Shown piece after piece: positions 32,930 through 46,325 of a stretch of DNA of 64,000 bases (its first letter is position 1; each line of letters opens with the position of its first letter). Below the pieces are notes generated by a model. The model saw nothing but the letters and a program-made list of their open reading frames with translations, was not told the DNA's origin and did not search any database. This stretch comes from the human T2T-CHM13v2.0 reference genome, Homo sapiens: assembly GCF_009914755.1 (NCBI RefSeq), contig NC_060926.1; one strand, given 5' to 3'. A program made the translations under genes and the position numbers.

Positions 32930-34290
32930 TCAATACACTTTATTTTTTCTTATTATGTGCTTGCTCCAGAGGCAATGACAGTCTATACCCCTGTGGTCCC
33001 CTAGCACACAGCATGTGGTCTCTGAATATCATTTTGCACTAACAGAAACTAAGCGTTCATAAGAGAAAGGGCTAATTCCATGCCTGGTGCAGGAAATATA
33101 CAAGATGAACTCTGGCCGTCTTGTGTCAGAAAGCAAGGAGGCTATCAAAGACTAATGAATTCATGTCACAGACACAGAGGAGCCAAATTAAAGGGGCTTC
33201 CACTGGCCTACAAGAGGGTCAATGAAAAATACGAGAAAAAAAAAAGAAAGAAAAGAAAAAAAGAGTAATTACAATGGATTGCAACACATCAAATATATTT
33301 TTAAAAACTCATGAGTTCAAAACAACACTTTTTGAAAAATAAAAGTCATTGTTTACCATAATGGACCAACTCAAAATTCTACAAATTAATAAAAAAGAAT
33401 CAATATTTATGCTTTTCCTCCACCTACTGTATTTCAGGATAACCAAATATTTGATAAGAGAATTTTTTTCTATAGAATTCCTGATAATAAGTACAACAAG
33501 ACTAGTAAAATTAGAAAATCATCCTTTTGTAAACTGAATTTTACTAATAGTGGTTCTAAGCAACAGTCATAAATAGATGCAAAACTTAATGGTGCAATAG
33601 AAAGTAATAAGCGCCACCTATGTTTATCTTGTCCAAAACTGCCGAAGTTGAATCAAATGGATTCTTAAAAAAAAAAAAGAAAGAAGAAAAGAAATCAGTT
33701 TAAAAGAAATAAGGAAGGAAAGACTTATTTTTAAAACTCCTCTCCTGAAAGAATGATCAGCCAAATTCATGATATGGTGCATTCTACAAGACAAATGGTC
33801 TGGTTTCTGCAAAAAATAAAAATAAATAAATAAATCAGAGATATGGAGAGAAAAGAAGGAAAAGGACTGTTGTGAAATTAAAAAGACTTAAAAAACTTAA
33901 CAGTCAAACATGATGTGAGGCTTTGTTCGCAATTTGATTTGAACAAACCAACTGTTAGGATAATTTTGAGACAATTAGGGAAATTTAAACATGGCTTGAG
34001 TATTAGATAGTGTTAAAAAACAGTTGTTAACATTTTTGGGTAGATAACGTCAGTAGGGGTACATAAAAATTTTATTGTCAATTAGTGAAGCATACTAATG
34101 ATTTAGGAGAAAAATAACATGATAGCTAGAATCCTTTAAAATAGTTCTGAGAAATAAAAAAGTTTGTGGAGGGGAAATAGAAGACAAAAGACTGGCAAAA
34201 CATTAATCACTATTGAAGCTGGTTTATTATATCACTTTTTATACTTATGTGTATGTCATCCTTAATAAACTAGTTCTCAAAAGACAGTAC
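32930..34290 (+). mobile_element. L1MC/L1MD 3' region
   Basis: GGGGCTTCCACTGGCC, TTTTGAGACAATTAGGGAAATTTAAACATGG and TATTGAAGCTGG motifs. Confidence 0.75.
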
Positions 34291-34354
34291 TAGAAATAAT
34301 AGCCAAAGCTTGTTTCTGTAAGTTCCATTTTAATAAGTACTTTCATTAGGTAGG

Positions 34355-34718
34355 TGATATGGTTTAGCTGTGCCCCCACCCAGATCTTATCTTGAATTGT
34401 AGCCCCGATAATTCCCATGTGTTGTGGGAGGGGCCTGGTGGCAGATAACTGAATCATGCGGGCGGTTTCCCCCATACTGTTCTCATGGCAGTGAATAAGT
34501 CTCATGAGATCTGATGGTTTTTTAAGGGGAAACCCCTTTCACTTGGCTCTCATTCTCTCTCTTGTCTGCCACCACGTAAGACGTGCTTTGTGCCTTCTGC
34601 CATGATCGTGAAGCCTCCCCAGCCACGTGAAACTGTGAGTCCACTGAAACTCTTTTTCTTTATAAATTACCCCGTCTCGGGTATGTCTTTATCAACAGCA
34701 TGAAAATGGACTAATACA
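34355..34718 (+). mobile_element. THE1B/C solo LTR
   Basis: TGATATGGTTT...ATGGACTAATACA; TSD GTAGG/GTAAG. Confidence 0.95.
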
Positions 34719-35114
34719 GTAAGTTTATAGTGATTAAGCTAAAGGTAGTCTTCATGGCAGCTTAATTCTTTCAGTTGCTCAGGACAAGAACCTGGATACC
34801 ATCCTTGATACTTCTTTTTCTTTCATATCCCACATTGACTTCATCAGTAACTGTTGGTTGTTACCTTTGACACGTATCCTGAATCTGACTCCTTCTCATC
34901 ACTTGAACTGTATCTCTCTTTTTCCAGGCTATTGCCATTTCTTGTCTGAATTATGGCAGAAGATTCCTAATTGGCATTCCTGCTTCTGTCTTTTTGCTCT
35001 TTTGGCTAATTATCAACAGGGCAGCCAACGGGGTCCTGTTCAAGGCTAGAACATGTCACACCTTTGTTCACCAACTCTGCTTCTGCTTCTTCAGTGGTTT
35101 CTCATCTCACTGAG

Positions 35115-35404
35115 TATTTTTTTTTTTAAAGAGAATCTCACTGTCAGCCTGGAGTGTGGTGGCAAGAACTCAGCTCACTGCAATCTTTACCTCCTGTCCT
35201 CAAGCGATTCTCCCACCTCAGCCTCCAGAGTAGCTGAGATTACAGGCATGTGCCACCATGCCTGGCTAACTTTTTTTGTACCTTTAGTAGAGACAAGGTT
35301 TTGCCCTGTTGTCTGGGCTGGTCTCAAACTTATCGCCTCAAGTGATCTGCTCCTTTGGCCTCCCAAAGTGCTGGGATTACAGGTTTGAGCCACCATGCCC
35401 AGCC
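35115..35404 (-). mobile_element. AluJ-like
   Basis: TSD CATCTCACTGAG at 35103-35114 and 35407-35418. Confidence 0.93.
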
Positions 35405-35440
35405 TACATCTCACTGAGATTTAAAAATCTCTTAACATAC

Positions 35441-35765
35441 GCTAAGTGCAATGCTCACACCTATAATCCCAGCACTTTGGGATGTGGAGGAGGGCGGATC
35501 GCTTGAGGTCAGGATTTGGAGACCAGCCTGGGCAACGTGGCAAAACCCCATCTCTACAAACAACAAAATTAGCTGGACGTGGTGGTGCATGCCCTTATTC
35601 CCAGCTACTTGGGAGGCTGAGGTAGGAGGATCGTTTGAGCCCAAGAGGCAGAGGTTGCAGGGAGGTGGAGGTTGCAGGGAGGCAGAGGTTGCAGTGTGCA
35701 GAGATTGCCCCACTACACTCTAGCCTAGGTGACAGAGGTAGACCCTATCTCAAAAAAAAAAAAAA
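35441..35765 (+). mobile_element. AluJ-like with internal 17-bp triplication
   Basis: Alu arms, A tail, degenerate TSD AAAATCT(C)TTAA. Confidence 0.93.
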
Positions 35766-36339
35766 ATCTTTAATAGAGCCTATAGGGTTCTATGTGATGG
35801 GGACCACTATTTCTTATTACTCTCCTCTCCTCTTTACTCACTCCATTCTACCCAGACTGGCCTCCTTAACATTTCTTGGGCATAACAGTATTCTCCAGCC
35901 TCAGGGCTTTTGCATCTGCTGTTCCCTCTGCCGGATACGCATTTCCCCCAACACCCACAGGGCTTGCTCTTTCTTTTAGCTCCTTATCCAAATGACATCT
36001 TCCCAGAATTCCTTTTAATTAAATTCTCCATCCTACTCCTCTTATTTTTTAAAACCTCTCAAAAACATCCAACACATATATGTTGAACTTATTTATATTG
36101 TTTATTTCTATGTTCTCTCACTTTTTTTTCAAAAGGAATTTATGATGCTTTTGTTCACTGACACCTTAGCACTCAGAAAAGTGCCTGGGACATAGTAAGT
36201 ATTCAATAGTTATTTGTTGAATTAATAAATTAAGCTATTATTCTAGTAGCATTGTTCACGGCCCTCAAGGTTCCTTATTCTCCCAACTGCATTGCCTTGA
36301 TTAGTTTTAACAGTCAGGGCAAGCTTACTTCTTTCACTA

Positions 36340-36445
36340 TTCATTCATTCATTCATTCATTAAAATCATATTTATTGAGCTCCTTCTATTCATTAGGAAC
36401 TGAGAATACAATAACTAATCAGATAGATATGCCATGCACTCTCCT
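36340..36445 (-). mobile_element. L2 tail
   Basis: (CATT)n..TATTTATTGAGCTCC. Confidence 0.75.
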
Positions 36446-38969
36446 ACAATCATCTTCCTTAGGAAAAAAGGGACACTTCACTGTTATCCAGTTTAGTCTA
36501 TATAGGTGTTCAATCAACTATCCCAGGCCCTAGGGCAAATCTTCATAAAAAGCTTGCAAGCTATGCATCCTACAAAAGAATTATAGTAGTGCTGTGAGTT
36601 ATACAGCTCTGCGCAGCCTTTAGGAGGGTATGAAGCTGGTTGAAGTCACAGAGCTAATTGCCTCTTGCCATGAGATTCTTCATCTGGGGCTCTTCTAAGA
36701 GCAGCCCAAGAAGAGCGGGAAATGAGAGCATTCTCCATGACCTCCTCAGGTAGTGAGCAACACAAACACACCCAGCACTCATTGTTGTGCCCTGATGCTC
36801 CTGAGGAGCGACCCCAGACAAAAGGACAAAGTCACTGCTGGAAACACTCAAGGAGAACCATACAGAGCAACAACCAAACCTACAGCCAAATAGGGAAGAA
36901 GGAAAACTCCCCATGGGTGCAGTTCCATGCAGTTAGTTAATAATAGAAGTCTTCCCATAACCCAGAGACTCCTGCCTGTTTGTTTCCTTGCAGTGGTATC
37001 CACACTAACTATGGGGTCACTGCTCTAACAACACATGCACGTTTTGCAAATCAGAGCTTCATCATTATTTTAAAATACTTAGATTCAAAATACTTGTTTA
37101 CTATCACAAGGAATTGTAACTTTGCATTTGTCAATGGAAGAAAGGGGATACTATATTCTTTAAGTCTAATTTCAACTGTTGTAAATGTTTGAATTGCTAT
37201 GAGAATGGTTTTACATTTGTATCATCTATTTGTAGAAACAAAGTTTGTTGTTGATAATTATCGAAAATGAAGACATCATCATTTTGAAAAGTCTTAATCA
37301 GAAATTGCTTGTCATCATTTCAAATATGAAAGCCTGATATAAAATAATAGTTATGTTCACTGAAGCAAAATTAAGTTACTCATTTGAAATTCCAAGATTT
37401 TATTTGGACATATTCTTCCAAATAAAGACAGTATTTTCACTAAGACTTTGCTGTATAAAGAGATGTAATTCTCTTTATAAATGCCCTAAATATTCCAAAA
37501 ATTTCTTTGATTTATCCAAGTGAATATTACCATCTTCTATATGAGCTTTGACATGAAACAAGATTGGGAAGCACTCCACTTGGGAAACATGTATGCCATG
37601 AATGAATCCATTTGCCTCTTACATGCGGACATCTTCAGACAGCCAATATTTCCCATAGCATTTCAAACTCCATTCTCTCATGGTTTGATTCCTGTGCAGA
37701 CAGAAGCAAGCACAAGTGACAGGAATAGGCTTCCTGTGCTATCATTGAATTCCTCCAGTCCCTTAATAGGAGATCGATAAAGCTTCACTCTTTTGAAGGC
37801 AAAATTATACCACTGTCTTGGAATGTCATTATAGACAGTATGTGAGTTTAGTAAGAGGATGTATTGAAGGTGCAGATTCCCGGTCCAAATTAGACTAACT
37901 ACTTCAGGGTCAAAGAAGTAAGCCAAAATCATTTCAATCCCCACCAAAACATCATTTGCCACATTTATTACACTATATGAGCCTATGCCACAGGAAAAGA
38001 GTTGTAGGTTGAAATTAGCATTGCTGCCTTTGATACCTTGAATATCTTTTAGGCCTGCCTACCTTTTTTTCCCAAAGAACTTACAACTGCAGCACCTAAG
38101 AGCTACCCTTATTAGTAATGGGATTCATTCCTGATTATTAAAATGGTGTATAATCAAAGCAAAGTGACCTCAGCATGGTGAGACAGGTGTGCAATTTGCT
38201 GACGACGTGGTGGCAGCTGCTTTCCCATTTGTAAGTGTTTCTTTCCTATTTGGAAATGGAAGGACCATTTAACCCTAGATGAGGCTTTATCTTCTGCATA
38301 TCCATCATCACTGCGGCTTATTCAAAGAAGCATTCTGTGAATGGTGTGTTAGACCATTCACAGATATTGTGAATGACGTAATCAACTATTATGACAGATA
38401 ACACCTGAAAAGTAGTAATTATAGTAGGAAAAATAAAAATCATATATGTGCTAATGGTGTGAGAAGTGGAGGCCAGTATATTTCCAACCCCTTTGTAGCC
38501 CCCTAGCAGGGAAATAAAATTTTACCCATAAGAAAAATCTAAAAACATTAAGTTTTTTAGATTTTTAAAACTTTAGTAAAATAAAGTTTTACCCCTAAGA
38601 AAAATCTAAACTATTTATTGATTTGATGGAATAAGTAAAGATGCAAAATTGTCTTTAATATTTCTGGTACACTAAGAAGACAGTGCTGATAGTGCTGATG
38701 TTCAGTCTTTGTTCAGGCATGAGGAAAAATTCTGAACGGTGAACCCGCTGAAACTCGCTGACCTGGTAAAGCCTTAGCTAAATAGGTAAGCCTGTTCTCT
38801 CAGACTCATGGCTTCCAAGCAAAGCTATGTGCTGTGGTTTCATTTTTAAACAAGACATTCTTTCCTGCTGCAGAAATTGAGAAGTTGAGTTTATAGAGAG
38901 AATGCATGACGTACTGTTGAGTGTTCCCGTCAGGAAGGCAGAACTCCATAGATTGTAAACAAGTATATT

Positions 38970-39165
38970 AATAATGATGCTAATACTAGCTCTGTTATGT
39001 GGCTGGATAGAGCAAGACACTACAAAATACCTCACACACATTCTCATTTGGTCCTCAGAGTGCTCTTACATGTTTCCTATTGCTATCTCCATCTTACCAA
39101 TGAGGAAAATAAGACTTAGAATTTGAACAAGCATCTGAACCCAAATATGTCTGACTCCAAATGTC
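38970..39165 (-). mobile_element. MIR SINE
   Basis: TCCATCTTACCAATGAGGAAAATAAGACT..TCTGACTCCAAA. Confidence 0.65.
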
Positions 39166-42133
39166 ACAGCTACATTTCCTCTAATAAACGCACATTAAAG
39201 TCCTTACATTTTACACATCAGACCTAAAAAAGCTTTTCCACTCTATGATAGCTTTTAAATTCTTTCGACCTTTTTGGAAAAATACAGTAATTTGTACTGC
39301 TTTACAAGCTTGTATTAATTGTTAAATTGCAAAATTATTTTTTACCTTTGGGAAACCCTTTTGTTAATATTTAGAGTCAATCTGAAGGAGGATTTGAGTA
39401 TTTCAGTATATACTTGCAGAATCGTTAAGCACTGATCACTGAGATTGTAACCCCTGTGCAACAAGAGGACACCCAAGGCCAGAAAGGTCAAGAAGAAATT
39501 TTCCAGTTCATTTGCTCTGCCCAGAACTGCCTTGGTGAATCACATTCCACACAGCCTCTCGGTGCTGAGCTAGCATCTATGTAGATCAAAGCTATGCCCA
39601 GAATGGCTAATTCATGCGCTAAACCTAAATGTCAAAGTTTGTTAAACACATATTCCTTTAGTAAAACTATCTAACTGGGGAACCCACTGAAAGAAGTGAT
39701 GGAACATATTATTGGTCTAGATGCAGATTTGCAGGTTTTTATTTACTGCCGTGAGAAGGAGCTAAACAATAATAGCAGTGTCATAGCAATAGCCTAGCTA
39801 GGGAAAGAGTGAGATTCTTCAGAGAGAAGAATGTAAAGAGAATAGTGAGACTGTAGTTTCTAGTGATTCATGATGCAGAGGTTCCTAATAGATTGTTCCA
39901 CCAGTCTTTCCTAACCACATTGAATATGAATGCATTATTGAATGAATAAATCAGTAGCTAAATGATATAAAGGCTTTCAATGTATCAACCCAGTCGCTCA
40001 TTCTTAATCTCTTTGCTCCTTTTCTTCACCCTTAGTTTCCTTCTCCCTCTTAATGAGGAATGCATTACGACTACAAAAGTGTAATAACGCCACCACTCCC
40101 ACCACCACCACATACACACCCTCATTTCTTCTAGGGTAGAATACTTGCTAGGCAGCCTCATTGATCCAAAGGCAAAAACCTGCATCTCTCTCTCTTTGCC
40201 TCTTTTCTTCACCCCCATTTCAAACACCCAGCTAACTACAAGAAAGCACATATGGGACTGCTCACAGTGACTCACCATTATTATTGCAACAGTATCTTTC
40301 TTTAAACCTCTTATAGTACTATCAAAATTAGTGGTGTTTGGACAGTCATAGCATGACAAAGTAGGAATCCTGTCTACCATCCCTCCCAGCTTTAACTCAC
40401 GTAGGAAAAGGAGAGGAAAAGTGACAAACACTACCTAAGAGGATGCTTGCAATATGCTAGACAAAGTGCCATGTGTATAAACCATAACATATTATCCTGG
40501 TTAACATGAGATTCTCATACGAAGTTTGTGCAGTGTTCATTTTTTGCCATCCTCACTGGTTCTACAACCAGTCATTCCTATGTACTCTGGAGAGACAAAG
40601 CCAACATAATTATATTTGACATGTTCAGAGATACAGAAACTGGATAATCCTTGATTTCCCTGGGACCTAGAAGCTCAATGAGAAATACTTAAATCCTACA
40701 CCCCTCAATTAAGCTGAAGCCTTATATAGCCATGTCTGATGGAACCGTGTAGGCATGATTGGTCATGGCAGAAAAGAACATAAGTCTCCAAGATAAAAGC
40801 ATTGCAAGTGGTAAATGAGTCTGAGAGGGCAGGACTTCTCAAATGCATTTTGCCTGAATGTTGGAAAGAACATATTGTTGGTGTTAGGTGTGAGGCTGCA
40901 TATAATCCCATCCTCCATCTTTGCTATTACTTATGCCAGCTGTGAGTTAAAAATAGAAGAGATTATGAAACTAGGGGCTTTAGCTCCTTTGCTCCAGAAT
41001 CTCCTTAATGAACAAAGTAGTGAGCAGCTGAACTCTATAAAAGGAAGAAGAAACTTCCAAAGAAGTTCTGGCATTATGCAAGGGTGTCAGGTCCAATCTT
41101 GCAGAGACACAAGGTATTGTGTCCAGTCCTTAAACATTCATCACACACCAAGATTTGCAAGGATCGGCAAAGTCCCTCAGGCCAACCATAGCTTCTTGGC
41201 TCATGCTTTTCTGATTTTAAACTTTCTTTTTAATATTGGCTTGTCAGCTTTCCTTATGCTATTATGAGCATATCTATGCATTTAAGAAGATGGTTGTTAT
41301 ATATTTTACAAGATTTCTAATTGTTTTATAACGAGACCATTTTCAGATCCCAGTCTCCATATTCCACTAAATTTAAGTGCCCTTGTTTTTAAAAGAACTC
41401 TTTCTAAAATAGATTTGTGTAAGGCTGCTGTTGAAACAATAAATTAACTGATTTTCGACTGGGCCTTCAGTTACTTCAATCTGTTCTTGCCTAATACTAT
41501 TTGTTCTCTGAAACACCAGCAGACCTCTTCTGAACTTAAGAGTCCACAGATGTAGTTCCCTTTACTTACTACTAATACGTGGGTATGATTGATTAACTAA
41601 TTATAAAAATTATAAAAAGATTTTACTTTTTATAAGTGTTACGGAAGGTGTCACTTAGCTTATCCATCTTTTATTTTAAACAGAAGCTATCTCTCTCTTT
41701 CTGTATACTCACTGGCTCTCTCAGCCTTCATTTAAGGGGAAAAACATGAAATGAAGTATGTAACCACTCATTTGAAAGACAATTTGATATTTGGTTCTTC
41801 CTAGGGGTATACAATCTGCAGACATGGTACAAAGAAAGTAGTGCACTGAGGAGGCTGTAAACAATGAAGTAGGGCACAAAAATGCTGGTTGGATTACTCA
41901 TATAAGCCTAACACTGAGCCAGTTTCCCAAATTCCTGTTGTACCTTAATAGAGTTCTCTAGGCATATAAGCTATTCCCTGGGTGCACATTAAACACTTTC
42001 AAAACTACATTCTCTTAGGCTTCTGGGGAAGTAAATTCATTAAAATGGGCTTCCCCACTAGACTGAAAAATTGAATGCAGTTTCATTACATACTCTATCA
42101 GCAAAGGAAAGATGACTTCAAAAGTTTATCGAT

Positions 42134-42468
<335 letters not shown>

Positions 42469-43499
42469 TTACAGAAAAATAAGTACTTTTGCTTAATACT
42501 CCATTCTTGCTCCAGATTTCCAACTCACAGCCACATAGCTCTACAGTAGGTAAGCCTGGGTAAAGTCTCAAAAGAAGAATTCTATGGCATGGAGCATAGT
42601 GATGCTTGCCCATCCTTTTCCCTCTGATTCCTATGTAAAACATCAACAATGGAGTAATCACCTGGGCATAGCAGAGGGAAGTTGAAAAATAGGGACACAG
42701 AGAAGTAATGAGGAAAATTAGGAAAACACATGGAAACAAGACAATTGTGGGATTCCAGGTTGGTTGCAAACTCACCAATGGATAGGTGGGTCTGGCAAAA
42801 ATATTAGACCCAGGATAAGAGAATAAGTACTAAGTACATAGCCTTCCCCTAACTACAAACATATCTCTTTTGCAAATAGATTTAAAGGAGAGTAAGAAAA
42901 GGGTCACATAGAATCTTGAAAAAGCAAAGACTACAAAAAAAAAAAAGAAATAAAAAAGAAGCTGGTAAGTGAAGCTTCAGTGTACTTGAAGAAAGGTGAT
43001 TAGAGGCCATGGGATGTTAAAATAGGACCATGGAACTTTAACTATGAACATGAAAGTAAACTGGTGGGGAAAAAGGAGGGATATGTCAACACTTTTTTAA
43101 AGGAGGCTTAAAAAATAATCTGAAAACTTTTAGGTCAGGTCCAGAGATAGTTGCACATAAAAGTGACTGAGGCTCTGGTCTTGCATCCAATTTACCTTCA
43201 AAGTTCCCTTTGAAGACCTGCACATCGAGGATGATACAGGCAGTACTATAAACTTAGAATAGAATTGGGCTTGGGACAAAATTTAGGAGGATTTGCTGCA
43301 AACGTTAAGAGAAATGTAAATAGGCTAAACAGAAAGAAAAGAAAGCACTGAAGATTCACGCCTCCTGTGTGAGCTAACGCTACATGCCTCAGAAATAAGA
43401 GGATCTTAAAGTCAGGACAACGTTCACATTTTCACCAATAAAAACATCTTAATATAGTAAACATAATCCTTTACTTAATAAAGTATATATAATCATTTA

Positions 43500-43960
43500 C
43501 TTTGACCCAGAAGTCTACTTACAGGACACTACTAAAGACACACTTAAAAATGGAGAAAATGCTTTATGCACACATATATTTACTAGAGGGTTGTCCATAA
43601 TTGTGAAACATAAATGTCCAACAATAGGCAGATAGTTAAATAAATAAAAATTTTTTGAAGATCTATAAATGAGACTTATAAATCCAGGCAATAACATGAA
43701 AAAAATATTGTTAAATTTTAAATGCAGGCCTTAATATAGAGATGCTTAAACATTTTTAGTACAGTGAAAAAAAAATTGTAAGAATAAAATCAAATAATGG
43801 AAAATCATAAAAATGTCCATTTTTGCATTTGGATAGTAGGACTACAGGCTTTTGTCATTGTCCTTCTCCTCCTTCACTTCCTCCTCTGCTTTCTCATCTT
43901 TTTTTATTTTTTTAATTCTCAGGTTGTATTTAACAAGCTTGTATTATTTTTTAAATGATT
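43500..43960 (+). mobile_element. L1ME 3' end fragment
   Basis: TAAATGTCCAACAATAGG..TTAAATAAAT. Confidence 0.65.
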
Positions 43961-44011
43961 TTTTAAAGGTAGGACAGAGGGAAAAGCCCATCTGAGTTCT
44001 TTCATATGGAA

Positions 44012-44160
44012 AATGGTAGTCTCAGATGGCCAACTTAAGCACACATCAGAATTATCTAAGTTCATGATTCTGTGGGACTTGGGTAGGACCAGAGATTTTG
44101 CATGTTCTCAGATAATACTGATGCTGCTCATCAAGGGACCCCACTTTGGGAACTGCTCTA
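44012..44160. mobile_element. MER5A-like DNA transposon
   Basis: CACATCAGAAT..CTGATGCTGCT..GGGACCCCACTTTGGGAACTGCT. Confidence 0.75.
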
Positions 44161-46089
44161 AGAGAAATGCTAATTTTCCATCCTCCTGATTCTCAAGATT
44201 TTACCCACCTGTCCAATCATAGAAGCCCTACACTTGTAGTGTAGTGAAATTGCTTCTACAAAATTATGATGCAACATTTTGCCCTTGACCTGTATCCAGG
44301 GTCAAAGCAAATATAACACTTTTCTTTTTCTTGGGAAAGGAGATGGAGAACATCATTTTTTCTGTGTTTCAAGGTGCCTTCAAAAATAAAATAAAATAAA
44401 AAATGTCTATGTTTAAAACACTTTCAGAGAACAAATAGGAAAGAATTTAATCCTTCTTTATTAATTACTTTATCCAACAATGGGAACTGATTTGTAACTA
44501 TACATTTGTGTCTCTGCTTTATTCTTGGTTTTAAGATGGTTTTTAAAAATATAGGAAAGACACAAGATATAAAAAGTTGCAAATAAATAGCTGAAAAAAT
44601 CAGGACAAACAGACCACACAAAGCAGATGGCATAACCCTATCTTCTTTACTTCGGGTGGGTTTGCATTTACCATTGTACTTAGCTTCCTCAAGCTTGTTT
44701 AATATATATATATTTTTTCTATATTTAAACTCCTCTTACTTCGTCTTACACCCTTCAGAGAGGCTTTGAGGACTTTTTTGCAAATAGTTCTTCCTTCCTA
44801 TCCCCACCTTCCCATCCAACTATCTCAAATGATAGAAAGATGCTTATACTCCTGTTTCTCACATAATTAATCTTTGGCTAAATGTTAATAAATACAAGGT
44901 TATGTTCAACTGGCAACACAAATGAAAATATTTAGGGGCAAGAATATTTAAATACACTGCCTCCAATATAGTTTTAAATATTTGTTTGAATATCTCAACA
45001 AAGCCTTAAGAAACAAAAGCTTCAAGAATATGAAAACCCCTCCAAGATCAAATAAAAGTGCTACAGGCATTATAATGAACTTCACTCAACATCTCAAATC
45101 TAACCAGCTGAAAATGTTTTTTTTTCCTTTGTAAGCAGCACTCTATTCCACTTTTGGAAATGAGGATCCTGTCCAACAATGGAAAAGCAGCATATTGTCC
45201 TATAAATCAAACAAAATGTCCTTGACTCACTCATCCTCCAGAGGAGCCCTGCCTTTTGGTACCAGCTACTTAGCATATATTAAAGGAGCAGATTCCAATA
45301 ATTTTGCTTTTGTGCTAAAAGACCAGAGGCTTCTTTTTGTTTACAATAGAGAAAAATGTCACTCTTATTTCCAATGTACTGGCTTCTGCTCACCTAAACT
45401 CTGGAAACTCTAGTCCCTTGTTGCATAAGGACACACTCAGAGCTCAAAACAAAGAAGCAATTTTAAAATTAGGGATTGAGGTAATTACACATATTAGGAA
45501 AGCAGAATATTGTAACCCAGGGGCAAGTAGGTCAGCAGCAAATTTAAGTGAGACCCACTGTACTGTAAATACCTGCTTGCTTCTTGCTGATTTTGGCAAC
45601 ACATGATTATAACCTAAATAACACACGAAAATTACAATTGGCAGAATCGATAAAACAATAGAACCCTATATAAGGGAGAAGTTTTTATGTTCTACTTTTT
45701 TAAACAGCAAACCACATGATTGGTGTTTGCTTACTTAATAAGGCTGTTGGGGATAATGTTTTCAGAGTTGACGCATTATCAATTCAAATCAGTAATTCAA
45801 TATACAGATGAAACTTGTCAGTGATATTGATATAGTTCAGAGTTGTTTGGAATCAAAGTAAGCTCAGAATGAAGTGTTGATAGAAATTATTTTAAAGAAG
45901 TACTTATTAGGTTCCTCCTGCATACAAAGTCTTGAATAAGACCCTGGAGAGACAGATAAATTGTAAACATCTTTGAGAAATATTGTGTACAAGGATAAAC
46001 TGACAGAACTGCAACATGGAAAGAATTCAATGTGTTTGTATTCCATTTTTTAAGAGAAACATTTTGACATAATTGGTTCAGACTTTGCC

Positions 46090-46325
46090 CGCTAGGGAGT
46101 ACTGAGCACTCACCCGGGGTCAGATGCTTGATATAAACATTACCTCATTTAATCCTTACAACAGTCTAGAAAGGCATTTTGTACCATTTTACGAAAGAGG
46201 AAAAAATGAAGCTCAAAGAGTTTAAGCAACTGTCTCAAAATAGCAATGTTAATAGGAATCAGAATTAGGATTTGAAGCCAGGACCGCCTGATTTTTTTCA
46301 AAATTCTGTTTCCTACAACAAACCA
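46090..46325 (-). mobile_element. MIR SINE
   Basis: CTCATTTAATCCTTACAACAG..CCATTTTAC..GAAGCTCAAAGAGTTTAAG. Confidence 0.85.

Larger units (their letters stand above)
34765..36230 (+). mobile_element. L2 3' part interrupted by two Alus
   Basis: CAGTTGCTCAGGACAAGAACC, CCTCAGGGCTTTTGCA, tail GTGCCTGGGACATAGTAAGTATTCAATA. Confidence 0.85.

Noticed and set aside
39985-41267. 148-aa and 150-aa ORFs in unique DNA
   Set aside because: No recognisable domain, composition looks like random AT-rich translation, and there is no exon structure or promoter evidence.
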